DNA of 64,000 nucleotides from contig OZ024742.1 in NCBI GenBank assembly GCA_964016885.1, positions 2,232,001 through 2,296,000 of the forward strand. Direction: 5' to 3'. The notes beneath the pieces were generated by a model. That model worked only from the letters and a program-made list of their open reading frames with translations. It searched no databases and had not been told where the DNA came from. The position numbers and the translations under genes were made by a program. Source of the stretch: Eledone cirrhosa (lineage: Eukaryota). Of the stretch, positions 13,732 through 27,960 are shown in pieces (the first letter of the stretch is position 1; each line of letters begins with the position of its first letter).

Positions 13732-16013
13732 CTTTCTTTATTAACGACAAGGGTTTACACAAAGTAAGGCATTAAGGACAATATAGGACAATACAGGACG
13801 GTACAAATGGGCATTTCTGCGTGTAAAAAAATAAAAAAACAGAGGATGTAACAAAAAAAGAAACAATGAAAACTTCCCCAATAGGGGGAAGACTTCCGAG
13901 GGCCATCGTAGAGAAAGCCCATTAAAAAAGCCACGGTGATTCTGACCACCAGGGCAAGTGCCCTCTCCCAATTTTCCACCTTCAATTTACAGGCACATAC
14001 TCATACATTCTTGCCTCTCTCACCCATCTTTCAACAAAATTCTGGGAAGAGAACACTTGCCTCTCTACCCTCATTTTCCTTTTCAAATGAAATTTGAAAA
14101 AGTTAATCAAGGCATCACCGAAGAGGTAACTGCTCGTTTTCAGCCCTTTCAAACGCGTCCACCATACTATCTCTTTCGTCATGGCCACCAGACAGATAAA
14201 AACTGCCTGCCCTTCCCGGCTAAAGGAAGAGGGCGGGGCAATCCTCACGATGGACTCGGCTGATAGCCGGATCCGTCCTACACGCAACAGCAGGTGTTCG
14301 ACATAAACCCACAAGTCAGGAATGCTCAGACACTGGACGAGTGCGTGCAGGACGATTTTGTCGCCCTGCGCACATCTCGGACATGCCCGACTGACGGCAC
14401 TTCCATGCCTGTAGAGTTTATTCCGAAATGGCAAAGCTCCTTGGTAGCACAGCGTTCAAGATTTTGGCCAAGGTGCTAGCAAAGAGGTTGGCGCTTGTCG
14501 TTGGTAGTCTGGTGGGAAAGGTGCAGACATGCGCCATCCCAGACAGATCCATCCACGACAACCTCCATCTCATGCGATACATCGTGGAGAGGGTAGCTAG
14601 GGAACCTGGCATGGGTGGATCCTTGATCAATTTAGATCAGTCGAAAGCTTTCGATAGGGTCGAACATCGTTATCTGGCGGCAGGCCTGAGGGAGGCTGGC
14701 TTTCGGCCCGTCTTCAGAGGCTGGATCGCTCCCATGCACAGCGACATCTGCTCTGGGGTGAGAGTGAACGGTCACCTTTTGGAACCGTTCAACATCATGA
14801 GCTCCGTCCGCCAAGGATGTCCCCTCTCGTCCCTATTTTACGTATTGACTCCCGAGCCATTACTGCACAAACTGGAAACGTTGAGGGGGTCCCGCGCGAA
14901 CTTGGATGCGGAAGATCCGTGTCAGCATATGCAGACGATGTCACCGTAGTGGTGTCGAACGCCAAACACATCGAGGCGATCGGCAGTACACTAAGAGAAT
15001 ACGAAGCGGTGACAGGAGTAATGATCAACCAGGAAAATTAGGTGAGCCTGCAGCTCGGCACCTGGAAAGGCAGGTCCATGCCGTCCGACAGCGTCATGGG
15101 GCGCTGGACGGACCGGTTAAATTGCTAGGAGTCTGGTTCGATCCAGACTTCCAGACGGACAAAAACTGGGACGAGCTGACGAGCAGTGTGACTTCTGTCT
15201 CCCAGAAATGGGCAGAGAGGAAGCTATCCCTGAAAGGTCGAGTGGAGGTGGTGAATGCGTACATCGCGTCCGTCATCAACTACCTCCTGACCGTCGTGCC
15301 TTGTCCTAAGCCTCGCCTGACTGCGTTGGAACGTTTTCTCTTTCGCTTTTTGTGGAAGGGACGCGCTCCGATGGTCAGGTGATCCATCTGCTGTCAACAC
15401 CCACTACGTGGAGGGCTGGGCCTGCCGTGGCTGATGATGCGCAGACACGCGCTCAGGCTACGACATCTCCACCTCTTTCTCGATGGTGATCAGGTGTGGG
15501 CGCCGTTTGCTAGACGCGTGTTTCCCCAGCTCGTCTCCTTGACGGAGCTGCAGTCCTGGGTCAATCGAAGACCGAGAGGGAGCGCTTGGAGACTGGAATG
15601 TCTTCAGGCGCTCACGGCCCTCGACCAGTCGGGCAATGCGATCGGTGGAAACTCAACCTTGGCGTTCTATAGAGGATTAGTGGAGGGGAAGAGTGACGAC
15701 GTACTTCGAGAAACTCTAGGCGTCGACGAAAATCAACTCGTCAATCTTTTCGGAAGAACTTTCGGGCCGGGGCCTATGGAGAATTTCCAGAAATCCCTGG
15801 CCTGGCAGTGCTACTGAGGAGCTTTGCCAGTTCAGGATAAACTCTACAGGCATGGAAGTGCCGTTAGCCGGGCATGTCCGAGATGCGCGCAGGGCGACGG
15901 AACCGTCCTGCATGCACACGTCCAGTGCCCGAGCACTGTTGACTTGTGGTTTTATGTCGAACACCTGCTGTCGCGTGTAGAACGGATCCGGCTATCAGCT
16001 GAGTCCATCGCGA
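13731..16013. mobile_element. Tx1/L1 LINE with internal inversion: 3' end on minus (13731-14440), RT part on plus (14445-16013)
   Basis: RT motifs KILAKVLAKRL, LDQSKAFDRV, VRQGCPLS and AYADDVT, with stops and frameshifts. The AATAAA end abuts (ATT)n. Confidence 0.9.
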
Positions 16014-17099
16014 GTTCGATACAAAGGCACATTGTTTCATTGAAGAAGATATTTTATTTCACGTTGCATATATATTTATATACACACGCTGATTTATTAT
16101 GGCTGTTGGTGAGCTGTGTTACTCTAAAGTTGCACCTGCGCACTCACAGGTGTATCGAACTCGTGATTTGACGATTGTGTGATAAACACACTAACCATTA
16201 AGCCACACGCCTTCATACATATACACACACATAAGCATACACGCATATATATACATATATACATATATATGTATATATATATGCACAAACACATACACAC
16301 GTGCGCACCATCGCCACATACATACATGTACAAAAGCACGTACAAGCTTATCCATCCGCAGACTTATTAGCACATGCTCACAGATACATATACACACACA
16401 AACAAATGCACACATATATACAAACACTGACATGCACACTCACACGCTCACACATACACACACACACACACACTCTTACACTCACACAGAAACGCAGATA
16501 TACACATAGACACAGATCTGTGTACACTCACCAGGTCAACTACTTCTCGATCAGTCAACAGAAAGATAATAAAGAACAAACAACAAAATTTACATGCAAC
16601 GGGGAGGGGGGTATGGGGTGAGGAGGGGTTTAATTAGCTAATTAGTTAAAATGTTTAATTTTAGTAATTATAATCGTATTATCGAAACTTTGATAGTTGT
16701 GTTGTTATATTTAGATAGATGTCCTTATGTGATTCATATAGATGTGTGATACAACACGTGTACACACATCATACACACACACTCACATACAGACACACAC
16801 ATATATATATATGTAAATACACACACACACACACATATATATATATACATACATGTATATATATATATACATACATACATAAATAACACACACATATATA
16901 TACTTATGTATATATATATGTGTGTTTATGTGTATTCATATACATATATACACATAAGTATATATGTGTGTATGTGTATATATATATATAGATATATATG
17001 TGTATATATATATATATAGAGAGATATATATGTGTATATATATATAGATATATATATACAAACTTATGTATATATATATGCATGTATGTATATAAAAAC

Positions 17100-17407
17100 A
17101 GGTCCCTATCGGTCACTAATGGCGATAGGTTTGCATCTAGAAAGTTTCTCTCCGAGGCAAGGTGTGTTTGTGGAGGACCAGCAATCTCCTCTCTCCACGC
17201 CACCTATGTTGTCCAGAGAAAGATAATGACCGATACAGCTTGGCACCAGTGACGTCACAACTCATTTCTACAAACAGAGTAAACGGGAGCAACGTTAAAT
17301 AAAGCATCTTTCTCAAGGACACAACGCATTAATGTCCGAGAATCGAACTCACAACCTTTAAATTGCAAGCCCAACTCTCTATCTAACCACTGAACTATGT
17401 GTCTCCA
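17100..17407 (-). mobile_element. CORE-type tRNA SINE
   Basis: Reverse complement has TAGTTCAGTGGTTAG, GAGTTCGATTC and TGTGTCCTTGAGAAAG. Confidence 0.7.
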
Positions 17408-17439
17408 TATATACAAATATATATATGTATATATATATT

Positions 17440-18145
<706 letters not shown>

Positions 18146-18210
18146 TATATATATATATATATATATATGATATTAAATAAATGGAAACTATATTTATAAA
18201 ACCATATTTA

Positions 18211-18272
18211 TTTCATTATATATATTTCAGGGATATCATATTAACAATATGTTATGCCTTCTTCAGACAAAA
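18211..18272 (-). ncRNA. Type-I hammerhead ribozyme (family C)
   Basis: Reverse complement TTTTGT CTGAAGA AGG...CCT GAAA TATATA TA ATGAAA. Confidence 0.75.
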
Positions 18273-19067
18273 TACAATATAAACAGTCTTATAAATAAAT
18301 AGATACGACATACCTTTCAATCGACTTGCATTTGGGAGGTTGATTTGGCAGTAAAAAATATTGTGGACAGTTGTAAAAAGAAAGAGAGAAAGAAAGAAAG
18401 AAATAAAAACGAAGAAAAAGAAGAAATGCATGTGACTAAATAGAGAGATATAGAAAGATAGATAAAGAGAAGAACTTCATGTAAAGAAACAGAGAGAGAT
18501 ATATAGAGAGAGGAAAAAAGAAAGAGATAGATAGAGAGACTAGGTAGTTGAGTATCAGTTGATACATTTATTTATTTATTTAGCTCTAGTATTAATGTAA
18601 AGAGAGATGTATGTAGTTAAGAGAGAAAATAGCCGTTATATAGAGAGAAAAAAGAGAAAATGAAAAAGAGAAAATGAAAAATAACCAGACATAAACGAGG
18701 CAGAATTTAAAAAACGCTATGTTTCATCATTTAGAAAATATTAGTTCGTATAAAACAGGCATTATAATGTAAATATCAGTATTCATGAATGATACATGTA
18801 TCTATAATGTGTGAAAAGTAATGATCTTATGTCTAGTTTTTAAAAATTCATATGTTTATATCATAATTATAATTATATCATAATTATAAACAAACTCCCA
18901 ATTCACACGAAAACATTCTCATTGTGCTATAAAAATTCAAGTATACATATATGTGTGTATATATACACATATATATATAGAGTCTATATTAATTTTAACA
19001 ATACTATTCTTGTCTTTACTCTACATGATTGTCGATCAAGCAGAAATAGAGAACAGATTTCAATATA

Positions 19068-19170
19068 TTAATAAAAATAAAAATAAAAATAAAAATAAAA
19101 ATAAAAATAAAAATAAAAATAAAAATAAAAATAAAAATAAAAATAAAAATAAAAATAAAAATAAAAATAT
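19068..19170. repeat. (AAAAAT)n microsatellite
   Basis: Read directly from the sequence. Confidence 0.95.
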
Positions 19171-20579
19171 CAGAGACAAGAAAATAAATAAATAAACAGA
19201 AAACTAAAACATTTAATATTAAAAATAAAAATATTACAAAATATTAAAAAATAAAAATAAAACATATTATGCCACGCAAATCGGCCACAAAGATCAGCCT
19301 TTCAAAGTTAATTGACAATATATTGCCAAGTTCATCATAAGCATCAGAGTCGAAACAGATAAAACAAAAATTATTTACCAAATCCTGTCTAGCAGAAATC
19401 ATTCCAAAAGTTTAGGATACCCATTTGGTCTACATATGTTCTTATATTTAATATAGAAGTTTATCTAGTGTAAAATTTAATTCGATATATTTGGAGCATC
19501 AGCTTTTAGGGTAGTTTAATTATTCATGAAGAATGTTTTAATAAAAAGAATGTTTTAATAAAAAGAAGAAATCGAAAGATTTATCGGCTAGTTTCATAAA
19601 TAATTACAAATCAAATCAAACATAACTACATTTTAAATTTAAATTTATATTTAAACGTTGAGTTCAATCTATGTCTGCAGCAACTGAATAAATTTGTCCG
19701 TAGATTAAGGGAATTTTTAGATTTTAGTATAAAGAATATCTCCTCCGCACAGAGGTCACATGTCTCAGAGGATGAATTAAAAGGAATCCCTCTTGAAACT
19801 ATATTCCAAGTCGTCGAATATCTAACGTTATCATGCCTAAGTTGCCAGAGTGCGCCTGATAGTGCTGTTGAAGATTTTTTGGATGGATCTGTGAAAGAAT
19901 TCTTGTGGTTGTTATAGCGAAGTTTAAATTCCGTCGATGTGGAACCAACGTAGTTAAAAGAATTAACGTCCGTTTTAACATTACAGTTGTATATTATATT
20001 TTTAACTAAGCAGTTGTTATTTAACGGACATTTAGATCTATCTCTACAGTTACATTTGTTAACTTGGATATTATTTATGCTATTATCGCTAGGTTTTAAG
20101 TTCCTATTATTTATTCTATTAATATTTTGTGCTAAATTTTTGGTGGATGAGTAGGTTAATTTTATAGTATGTCTATTGAAAATTGAGTGATACCTATGTG
20201 TTCTAGGGAAGCGATTATCAAGAGCTTTAAAAAATAGTTTAGCGATGTGGGTTTTAATGTTTAGTGAGAAAGGGGGGGGGGGGGGGCAAACCATATTATA
20301 TTCCTAGTTCTATTTCTTTTATGGCTTTTGAAATTATTGTAATGCTTTCTATTATAGTTGTTAAGGTTGTGGCCGTAATTAAAATAGTTGTTATTTTGTT
20401 TAATTTGTTTATCATTGTCTATGTACATAATTTTATCACTATATCCTGCTCTAGCTAACGCTTCATTGTAATAATGGGCTTTTTCGTCGAAAATATTTTT
20501 ATTAGATGAGATTCTAGAGATACGTGATTGAACAGAGTTTACTATAGTATTTTTAACAGATCGGGGGTGGTTAGAGTTA

Positions 20580-21305
20580 AATGAAACGATATTTCCTTTC
20601 CCACTCTTAGTACGGCTGTTACTTAAATATAAGTATGTACACGTACATACATATATGTATACCGACGTACAGTAGTATGTATATATATATATACATACAT
20701 GCACACATATATATATGCACGTATGGATTCACCGAACATTTATTATAATGCTCGGTGTGTTTGTAAACAAACATCCCGTATTAAGCCGTAGTGTCTAGCA
20801 ACCACCGTTGCTCGTTTGTTCAACACTGACAAAGGAACGCTGTACTAGTTTCAAGCTTGTTAGCTATCGTCAGCAACGTATACCTTCCTGCCAGATTGTT
20901 GAACGTATATACTTACCTTATGCATATTAACGGCTGAGTAGCCCAATTTGCATATCGAGTGGGTTAATCGGCCGGGTGCACCGAAAACGATAAACGGAAA
21001 AAATGAAACGATATTTCATTTCCCACTCTTAGTACGGCTGTTACTTAAATATAAGTATGCACACGTACATACATATATGTATACCGACGTACAGTAGTAT
21101 GTATATATATATATACATACATGCACACATATATATATGCACGTATGGATTCACCGAACATTTATTATAATGCTCGGTGTGTTTGTAAACAAACATCCCG
21201 TATTAAGCCGTAGTGTCTAGCAACCACCGTTGCTCGTTTGTTCAACACATATATATATACATACTACTGTACGTCGGTATACATATATGTATGTACGTGT
21301 ACATA

Positions 21306-21310
<5 letters not shown>
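20580..21310 (-). mobile_element. Family D pLTR: partial tandem duplication plus inverted piece
   Basis: 20580-20827 is repeated at ~21002-21248 (~421-bp period), followed by an inverted segment at 21252-21310. Confidence 0.85.
20838..20878 (-). ncRNA. Minimal type-I hammerhead ribozyme
   Basis: Reverse complement CGTTG CTGACGA T AGCT aaca AGCT T GAAA CTAG TA CAGCG; all stems can pair. Confidence 0.88.
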
Positions 21311-21356
<46 letters not shown>

Positions 21357-21359
<3 letters not shown>

Positions 21360-21463
21360 AACAAGTAAGACCCCGACTTGTTCCTATTACCCACTCTACT
21401 ACCCTAAGTATTGAGTACTTTGGTGCGTTATGGTCCACCTGGTTCCTTACCACATTTCCTTCG

Positions 21464-21466
<3 letters not shown>
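21357..21466. mobile_element. Family B element
   Basis: Reverse complement of 4588-4675 plus a short inverted terminus, embedded in (TA)n. Confidence 0.75.
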
Positions 21467-21517
<51 letters not shown>

Positions 21518-21518
<1 letters not shown>

Positions 21519-21727
21519 TAGAAGTGGTTACAGAACAGTTAGTCCACCATACCGAGAACAATTGTTTCACCTTAGCGGATCCTCAGCTCGTAATCTGAGG
21601 ATCTGCTAAGTTGAAATAATTGTTCTCGTATAGTGAATTAACTGTTGTGTAACCACTTCTACCTAACTCGTCCCATGGACTGAGTGCTCTACCACTACGG
21701 ATATTACCTTCCAGTGTTCTACCACTA
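21518..21727. mobile_element. Fold-back element (family G) with back-to-back hammerhead cores
   Basis: Imperfect arms 21518-21586 and 21595-21661, with a ~65-nt extension on the right. Confidence 0.75.
21553..21590 (-). ncRNA. Minimal type-I hammerhead ribozyme
   Basis: Reverse complement CGAG CTGAGGA TCC gctaa GGT GAAA CAATTG TT CTCG. Confidence 0.75.
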
Positions 21728-21754
21728 TATATATACAGATTCACACACACACAC

Positions 21755-21911
<157 letters not shown>

Positions 21912-22208
21912 ATTGTTTCTACTTTTGGCACAAGGCCAGTATATATATATAATGATTGTATGACGCATTATGTGTATATATATATATATACATATATATA
22001 TAGTAATAATAAATGTGAAGACTAATATATATATATATATATATAGTTACCTATATGCACATCTAAAATTGTCGACACAAACAGAGATATACAATCCTTT
22101 ATAGTTAAGAGAAAAATTAGAAATCTAGATATAGGAAAACTTTGAACTAATTTTATATATTCGGTCAATGGGATCATGTATTATTAGATGCCTGTGTACA
22201 CCACATGT

Positions 22209-22257
<49 letters not shown>

Positions 22258-22269
22258 TTCACACACATA

Positions 22270-22307
<38 letters not shown>

Positions 22308-22324
22308 TCTTACATTCATTATTG

Positions 22325-22368
<44 letters not shown>

Positions 22369-22391
22369 ACACATATATATATATATATATA

Positions 22392-22512
22392 TTATTAGAA
22401 AGTGAGGGTTTTTATACAAACTGAAAAATAACCGTGGTGTCCTACACGAGTGAAAGTATAAAGAAAAAAAGATGAAATCGAAAATGCAACTGGAGTCTTA
22501 TTTTAAAAAATA
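22392..22512. mobile_element. TA-embedded element terminus (family H)
   Basis: Reverse complement of ~41530-41650. Confidence 0.7.
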
Positions 22513-22566
22513 TATATATATATTTATTTCGTTCCTTTACCGTATATATATATATGTATGTATGTA

Positions 22567-23031
22567 GACCAAGAGCCCAGCGTTGGAAATGAGCAACTTA
22601 ACGACCGAACTTACAACTGCAGAGCGGGTACACAATGACCCCTGCAGGGCCTAGTATATAAATGTGTGGTTAACACGCACAACACCAAGCGCACCTACAT
22701 CGGCGCAACATCCATGACCTTTAAATCGAGGATGTATAATCACACAAATTCTCTCACGGACTGGAGCAAAAGACACTCCACTGGGCTGGCAGACCTAATA
22801 TGGGACTTGAAAGACAACGGCACCCCGTATCATCTCAAATGGAGTATCGTTCAACATGCAAATGCATATTCGGCTGGAAACAGGAAGTGTAGGCTATGCC
22901 TATCCGAGGCCATGGAGATAGTCAGATTGAAGGATGATGCGGTCAATCTGAAATCGGAGATTATGAAGACGTGCAGACACCAGAGAAGGTGCACATTCTC
23001 CGCATGGACGCAACTGGACAGCCCAAGCTAA
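22567..23031 (+). mobile_element. Naiad-type PLE GIY-YIG fragment
   Basis: YNCRAGTQ*PLQG, LVY...YIG, RMYNH, CRLCLSE, CRH. A 3' region probably continues to ~24500. Confidence 0.88.
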
Positions 23032-23881
23032 AGGCATGCGGGGAAGCGGACGTTGGTCCGAGTGGCGGCGCGGGTCCAAGGGATCAGACACCTTACCTTG
23101 TTGACTATGTATGCCCTGTGGGGTAAGTAGACGCAACCTATGCGGCCTATCGGACTCAGCACGTTTCCTAGGCAACAACATCGCATGAGCTGGGACACGG
23201 TGGCTCAACCTCCACGGGTATTCAGTCCCGTACATCAATAAGGCACTCTATCTCACCCACAGTGACATGCTCCTTTATGGCCTGTTCACGCACTCCTGCA
23301 TGTGTATCTTTTCAGTGGTATGTGCATTTCGCCACGCACTCCATTACGTAACACCCCATGTATTTTTCCATGTACAAACCAATGTGTATCTTTGTATACT
23401 TTTCTTATATAATTCAGATGAATGTATTTTTTTTATATATTCTGCATACATTTTTTTTATATATCCTGTATGCATTTACTATATACGGTCTGGGCATACC
23501 CCTTACATTAATACCATGAACTCCCCATATGTAGCCTTGCTTGAGGTGTCTATACGTGGATTTATCCATGTTGGCAACATGATATCAACTCTGTCTGCAT
23601 GTACACCAAGGTGCATTTGTGCATGTACAACCCAATGTGTATCTTTATATGCTTTTCTTACATGTATTTTTTGTATATTTTTTTATGTGTGTAGATGTGT
23701 GTACATACATATATACATATCTGTAAGAATATATGTGCGTGTCTGTGTGTGTGTGTATGCACACGTGCAGGGGAAAAAACGTATTGGGGTACGTATGTGT
23801 GTATATAGATATGTATATATATGTATATATATATATATGTGTGTATATATATATGTATATATATGTATATATATATATGTG

Positions 23882-24006
<125 letters not shown>

Positions 24007-24619
24007 ATACATGTGTGTAGACGTATGTGTAGACGTATGTGTAGACGTATGTGTAGACGTATGTGTGTATACGTGTGTGTGGGCGTGTGGTTGGGTGTGT
24101 ATATATATATATGTATGTGTATGTGTGTATGTATGCATATGTATGTGCAGATGTTTGTGCAGATGTGCATATGTGTGTGCGTAAATGTATGTATGTGTAT
24201 ATATATGTATGTGTATATATATTACGGATGCGTATGTGTGTGTGTGCATGTATATATACGGGTGCGTGTATGTGTCTGTGTGTATGTGTATATGCGTGCG
24301 TATATACCCGCGCGTGTGTGCGTGTGTGCCTCTCTGTGTGCATGTATGCGTATATTTGTGTGACTATTTCTGTGTGTGAACGTAAGCACACGAGCTACTC
24401 TGTATGTATCTGTAAGTATCTGTGTGTGTGTGTGTGAGCTGACAAACAGCAGTAATTTTGCCGACTGGACAGTGGGTGAGTGATAGCTCACGCCCTGAGT
24501 ACAGTATTGAGTACATTCTCACTTCATTTCTGAGCAAACATATGTGCCTGTTCTTATCCTGTCCAACTCTATCTACGAATCAAGTCCAAAAATCTGAGGA
24601 GCGTCATCTTTTGTTATCC

Positions 24620-25140
24620 CTTAAAGAATATACAAATGGTACCGAAGAATCTCTATACAGTACATCTCCCTGAAATCAAAATAAAACATGAAATGGAAAG
24701 CCGTCAAGTAAGAAGGGTTAACGGAATTCTCACAGCAAATATCGATTGAAAACACACAAAAATACCCTCTCATCCTGTTAAGAGACTTGAAAATTTGGTG
24801 TCCGACCTCACCAATTTGATTTGAAAGGCAGGATTTTGTGACCACACCTACGCTTTTACAACACGCTGAATAATGTCATGAAACCTTTCAAACTACCCCC
24901 ACATTATTCACATTTTGCAGACAAAAAATGTATTTCAAATAAATGAGGCAATACTATAAACAAATAATATTACGAAAGAATAAACCTCTCCATCAAAATA
25001 AAAGAGAAAAAGCTAGCTTTCCAGTTAAAAATAGAAGACAGCGTGAAGCGTCTTGCCATGCGAAAAGCCTATGTTACACTTAACGATCATAAGGCCAGCG
25101 TTCTGTTCAAACACAAGTGAATCAGGGTTAATCAGCAAAG
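24620..25140 (+). pseudogene. Highly decayed N-terminal part of a Naiad PLE ORF
   Basis: Remnants LKNIQ...Y, MKWKA, FADK, NITKE and AYVTLNDHK appear in the expected order across frames. Confidence 0.55.
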
Positions 25141-25914
25141 ACAATATCAGTAGGAGTATAGTTAGAATGAGAAATATTTCGAGGTAAACACAACAAAACT
25201 ACAGCGTCACCTCATTACGGGATTTCTCAATATTCAATACAACATTGTGAAGATTGTTATTTCCACACAAATATGAAACGTCACTTCAAAGCAAATGGCG
25301 TTAATCTTTGCTATTCTTGCCTAGATAATATTGGTTCCTAGATCTCACATCTTAATCTAACATTTACTTCAATCTAAACAAACCAAATTTTACTTCCCCC
25401 ATCCCACATTCTGTTAAAAATATTGTCTCTCGAAAGCGGTAATATATATTGAAATTATAGCATCCTCTAGGGGGATCGAGAGGCATTATACTGGATTCAC
25501 GACAAACACCTAGAAGGCTTGATACTACCAACATTTACACTTATTCATAACTTGGAACTTCTAATCTGAATATGTCCTATTAACATAGAACACTTTTGAT
25601 AGACACACCTCATAACAACAAAGGTCCATGAAACTGAAAGTTATGCTTAGTTCCTAAAATAAGCCTTAAGCAGACAGCGATATCGCTGAATAGGAGATCA
25701 GAAGATATTTTCTTCTGGACAACTTCCATCCGACACACCAATGGAAACCCGTTAGTCATCGTGACAGAGACTACAGTAGAGCAAATAACACTCAACATTT
25801 GACATAATAGGGGTGGGGTGGGGTGGGGGGATGACTGGGTAAGACACCGACTGATGACTGATGATAACTACAGCAGGATTCCACTAACTGTTCCCCGACG
25901 TTTGTAAACAAAAA

Positions 25915-25966
<52 letters not shown>

Positions 25967-25994
25967 TAAATGCATATATATATATGCATGTATA

Positions 25995-26027
<33 letters not shown>

Positions 26028-26471
26028 GTTTGCCATTCTCTCTATAAACACACATGCATTGGTAAGTTAGTAATTAAATAGATAGATAAAAACATTCGTG
26101 TTTTCATATTCGGAGATATGTGGAGTGAGCAAAGCGGAAGACTAGTTTAATATGACACACACACACACAGACACACACAGACACATACACAGACACACAC
26201 AGACACACAAAGACACACACATACACAGACACACAGACACAGACACACACATACACACACAGACACACACACATACATACAGACACACACACAGACACAG
26301 ACACACACAGACACATACACACACAGACACACACAGACACACACATACACAGACACACACATACACAGACACACACACACACAGGCAAACACTTATATAC
26401 ACAGATACAGATACACACATATATATACATACATATATATATGCATGTATATATACATAATTCCTCCCCCT

Positions 26472-26572
<101 letters not shown>

Positions 26573-26894
26573 TTGTGTGTATTCGTGTCCTTGTGTGTAC
26601 AAATATGGAGAGAGAAAGAGAGAGAGGACGAGTGGACATTTACTCTCAAAATCTGAAATCTATTAACACAGATTTCAAATTACATGCCTCTATTTTGTCT
26701 TTTAATTTAGTTGATTATTTCTCATTAAAACGAGAGGCGTTGCTTCAATTATTCTTAGATAAAACTAATTAAAAATAACAAACTTGAATTTCCACCGTAA
26801 ACAAGATTCTGATTAGTCTTCTGGCAATTTCGTCACTTTCCTGTCTTGTCAAAATCACTGTTATACAATATTGCTCAAATATACTACGACAAAA

Positions 26895-27095
26895 AATATG
26901 GTTTCTGATTCAGGCACAAGGCCAACAATTAAATCGACTCTAGTGGATTACTGGTACTTTATCTTATCGACCCTGTAAGGATACCAGACAAAGCTATCTT
27001 CAGTGAGATTTAAAATTAGAACGTAAAGGGCCGTAACGCTATGCTGCAAAGCATGTTGTCCGATGCTCTACCGATTCTGCCAATCCACCGACCTA
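26895..27095 (-). mobile_element. SINE S1, diverged
   Basis: Reverse complement of the S1 head and body. Confidence 0.8.
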
Positions 27096-27573
27096 CGACA
27101 GAAATGTAAAAACAGTAACTCTTAATATTTTGTAAGGATTTAACATAAAATATATAAAAACTAGTTTCTTAATTCAAAAGTTTATAATATAATAAAATAT
27201 TTACTTTTAACTTTCATTCATTCAAAGTCGATAAAAATATACCAGTCAAATACTGGGGTCGAGTCTTCTTCTAAATCTCTTTCTCACTTCCATTCTTTAT
27301 CTCCTTCTCTGGAATATATCTGCTGTATTCAGACCTACAGAGGTGGCCGGCTCCGCCAAGTTTAAAATGTAAATGCGCTAGAAACGCTGTATATGAAGGC
27401 CCATACGACTCAGGAGTTAAGGGACCATGAATACATGCACATCATTACGGGGTCGATAACATAAAGTACCAGAAATGTACTGGGTTCAATGTAATCGACT
27501 TTCACCTCCCCCAAAATTGTTGGCCTTCTGCCTAAATCAGAAACAATTATATCTGACTCTGCCTAAATTGTTG

Positions 27574-27605
<32 letters not shown>

Positions 27606-27821
27606 GGTGGTGGTGGTGGTGGTGTGACTGCTGCAGTGGTGGTGGTGGTGGTGGTGACCACTGCGGCGATGGTTTTGTAGTTATTTAGCCCCCGTCATTC
27701 CATCTTAGAAATAAAGTATCTTTCCTGAGTTTTAATTTGAAGAAGATTTGGCTCTATTTCTAGAAGGTCAAGTAACCCCACAGAAGATCTTTTATTGAGT
27801 TTCTTTCTTTTATTATTTCAG

Positions 27822-27960
27822 TGGGTATGGCACTGCCGGAAACACAGTGATTGCACTGAAAATCTAAAGACCACTCTGTCAGAAGATGCAGATATAAGCA
27901 ATGAGTTTCTAGAAAGATCAGCCGCCGGAGATGTTCAGGAAGTAGCACGTTTACTCCGAG
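27822..27960 (+). CDS. NUDT12: Coding exon with the first ankyrin helix pair (NUDT12-like candidate)
   Basis: Acceptor tttcag, donor GAG|gtaggt, 139 nt, phase 0 to 1. EFLERSAAGDVQEVARLLR joins the 60135 exon in frame. The symbol is tentative, from recalled similarity only. Confidence 0.65.

Larger units (their letters stand above)
18168..20595 (-). mobile_element. Naiad-type Penelope-like element (RT thumb, Cys linker, GIY-YIG, probable 3' region and pLTR)
   Basis: SNHP, IIWF.PPFS, CNCRDRSKCPLNNNCL, IIY...YVG, RYNNH, CDLC, CRH. Frameshift at the poly-G run near 20273-20286. Continuity from 19625 to the pLTR at 18168 is inferred. Confidence 0.85.
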
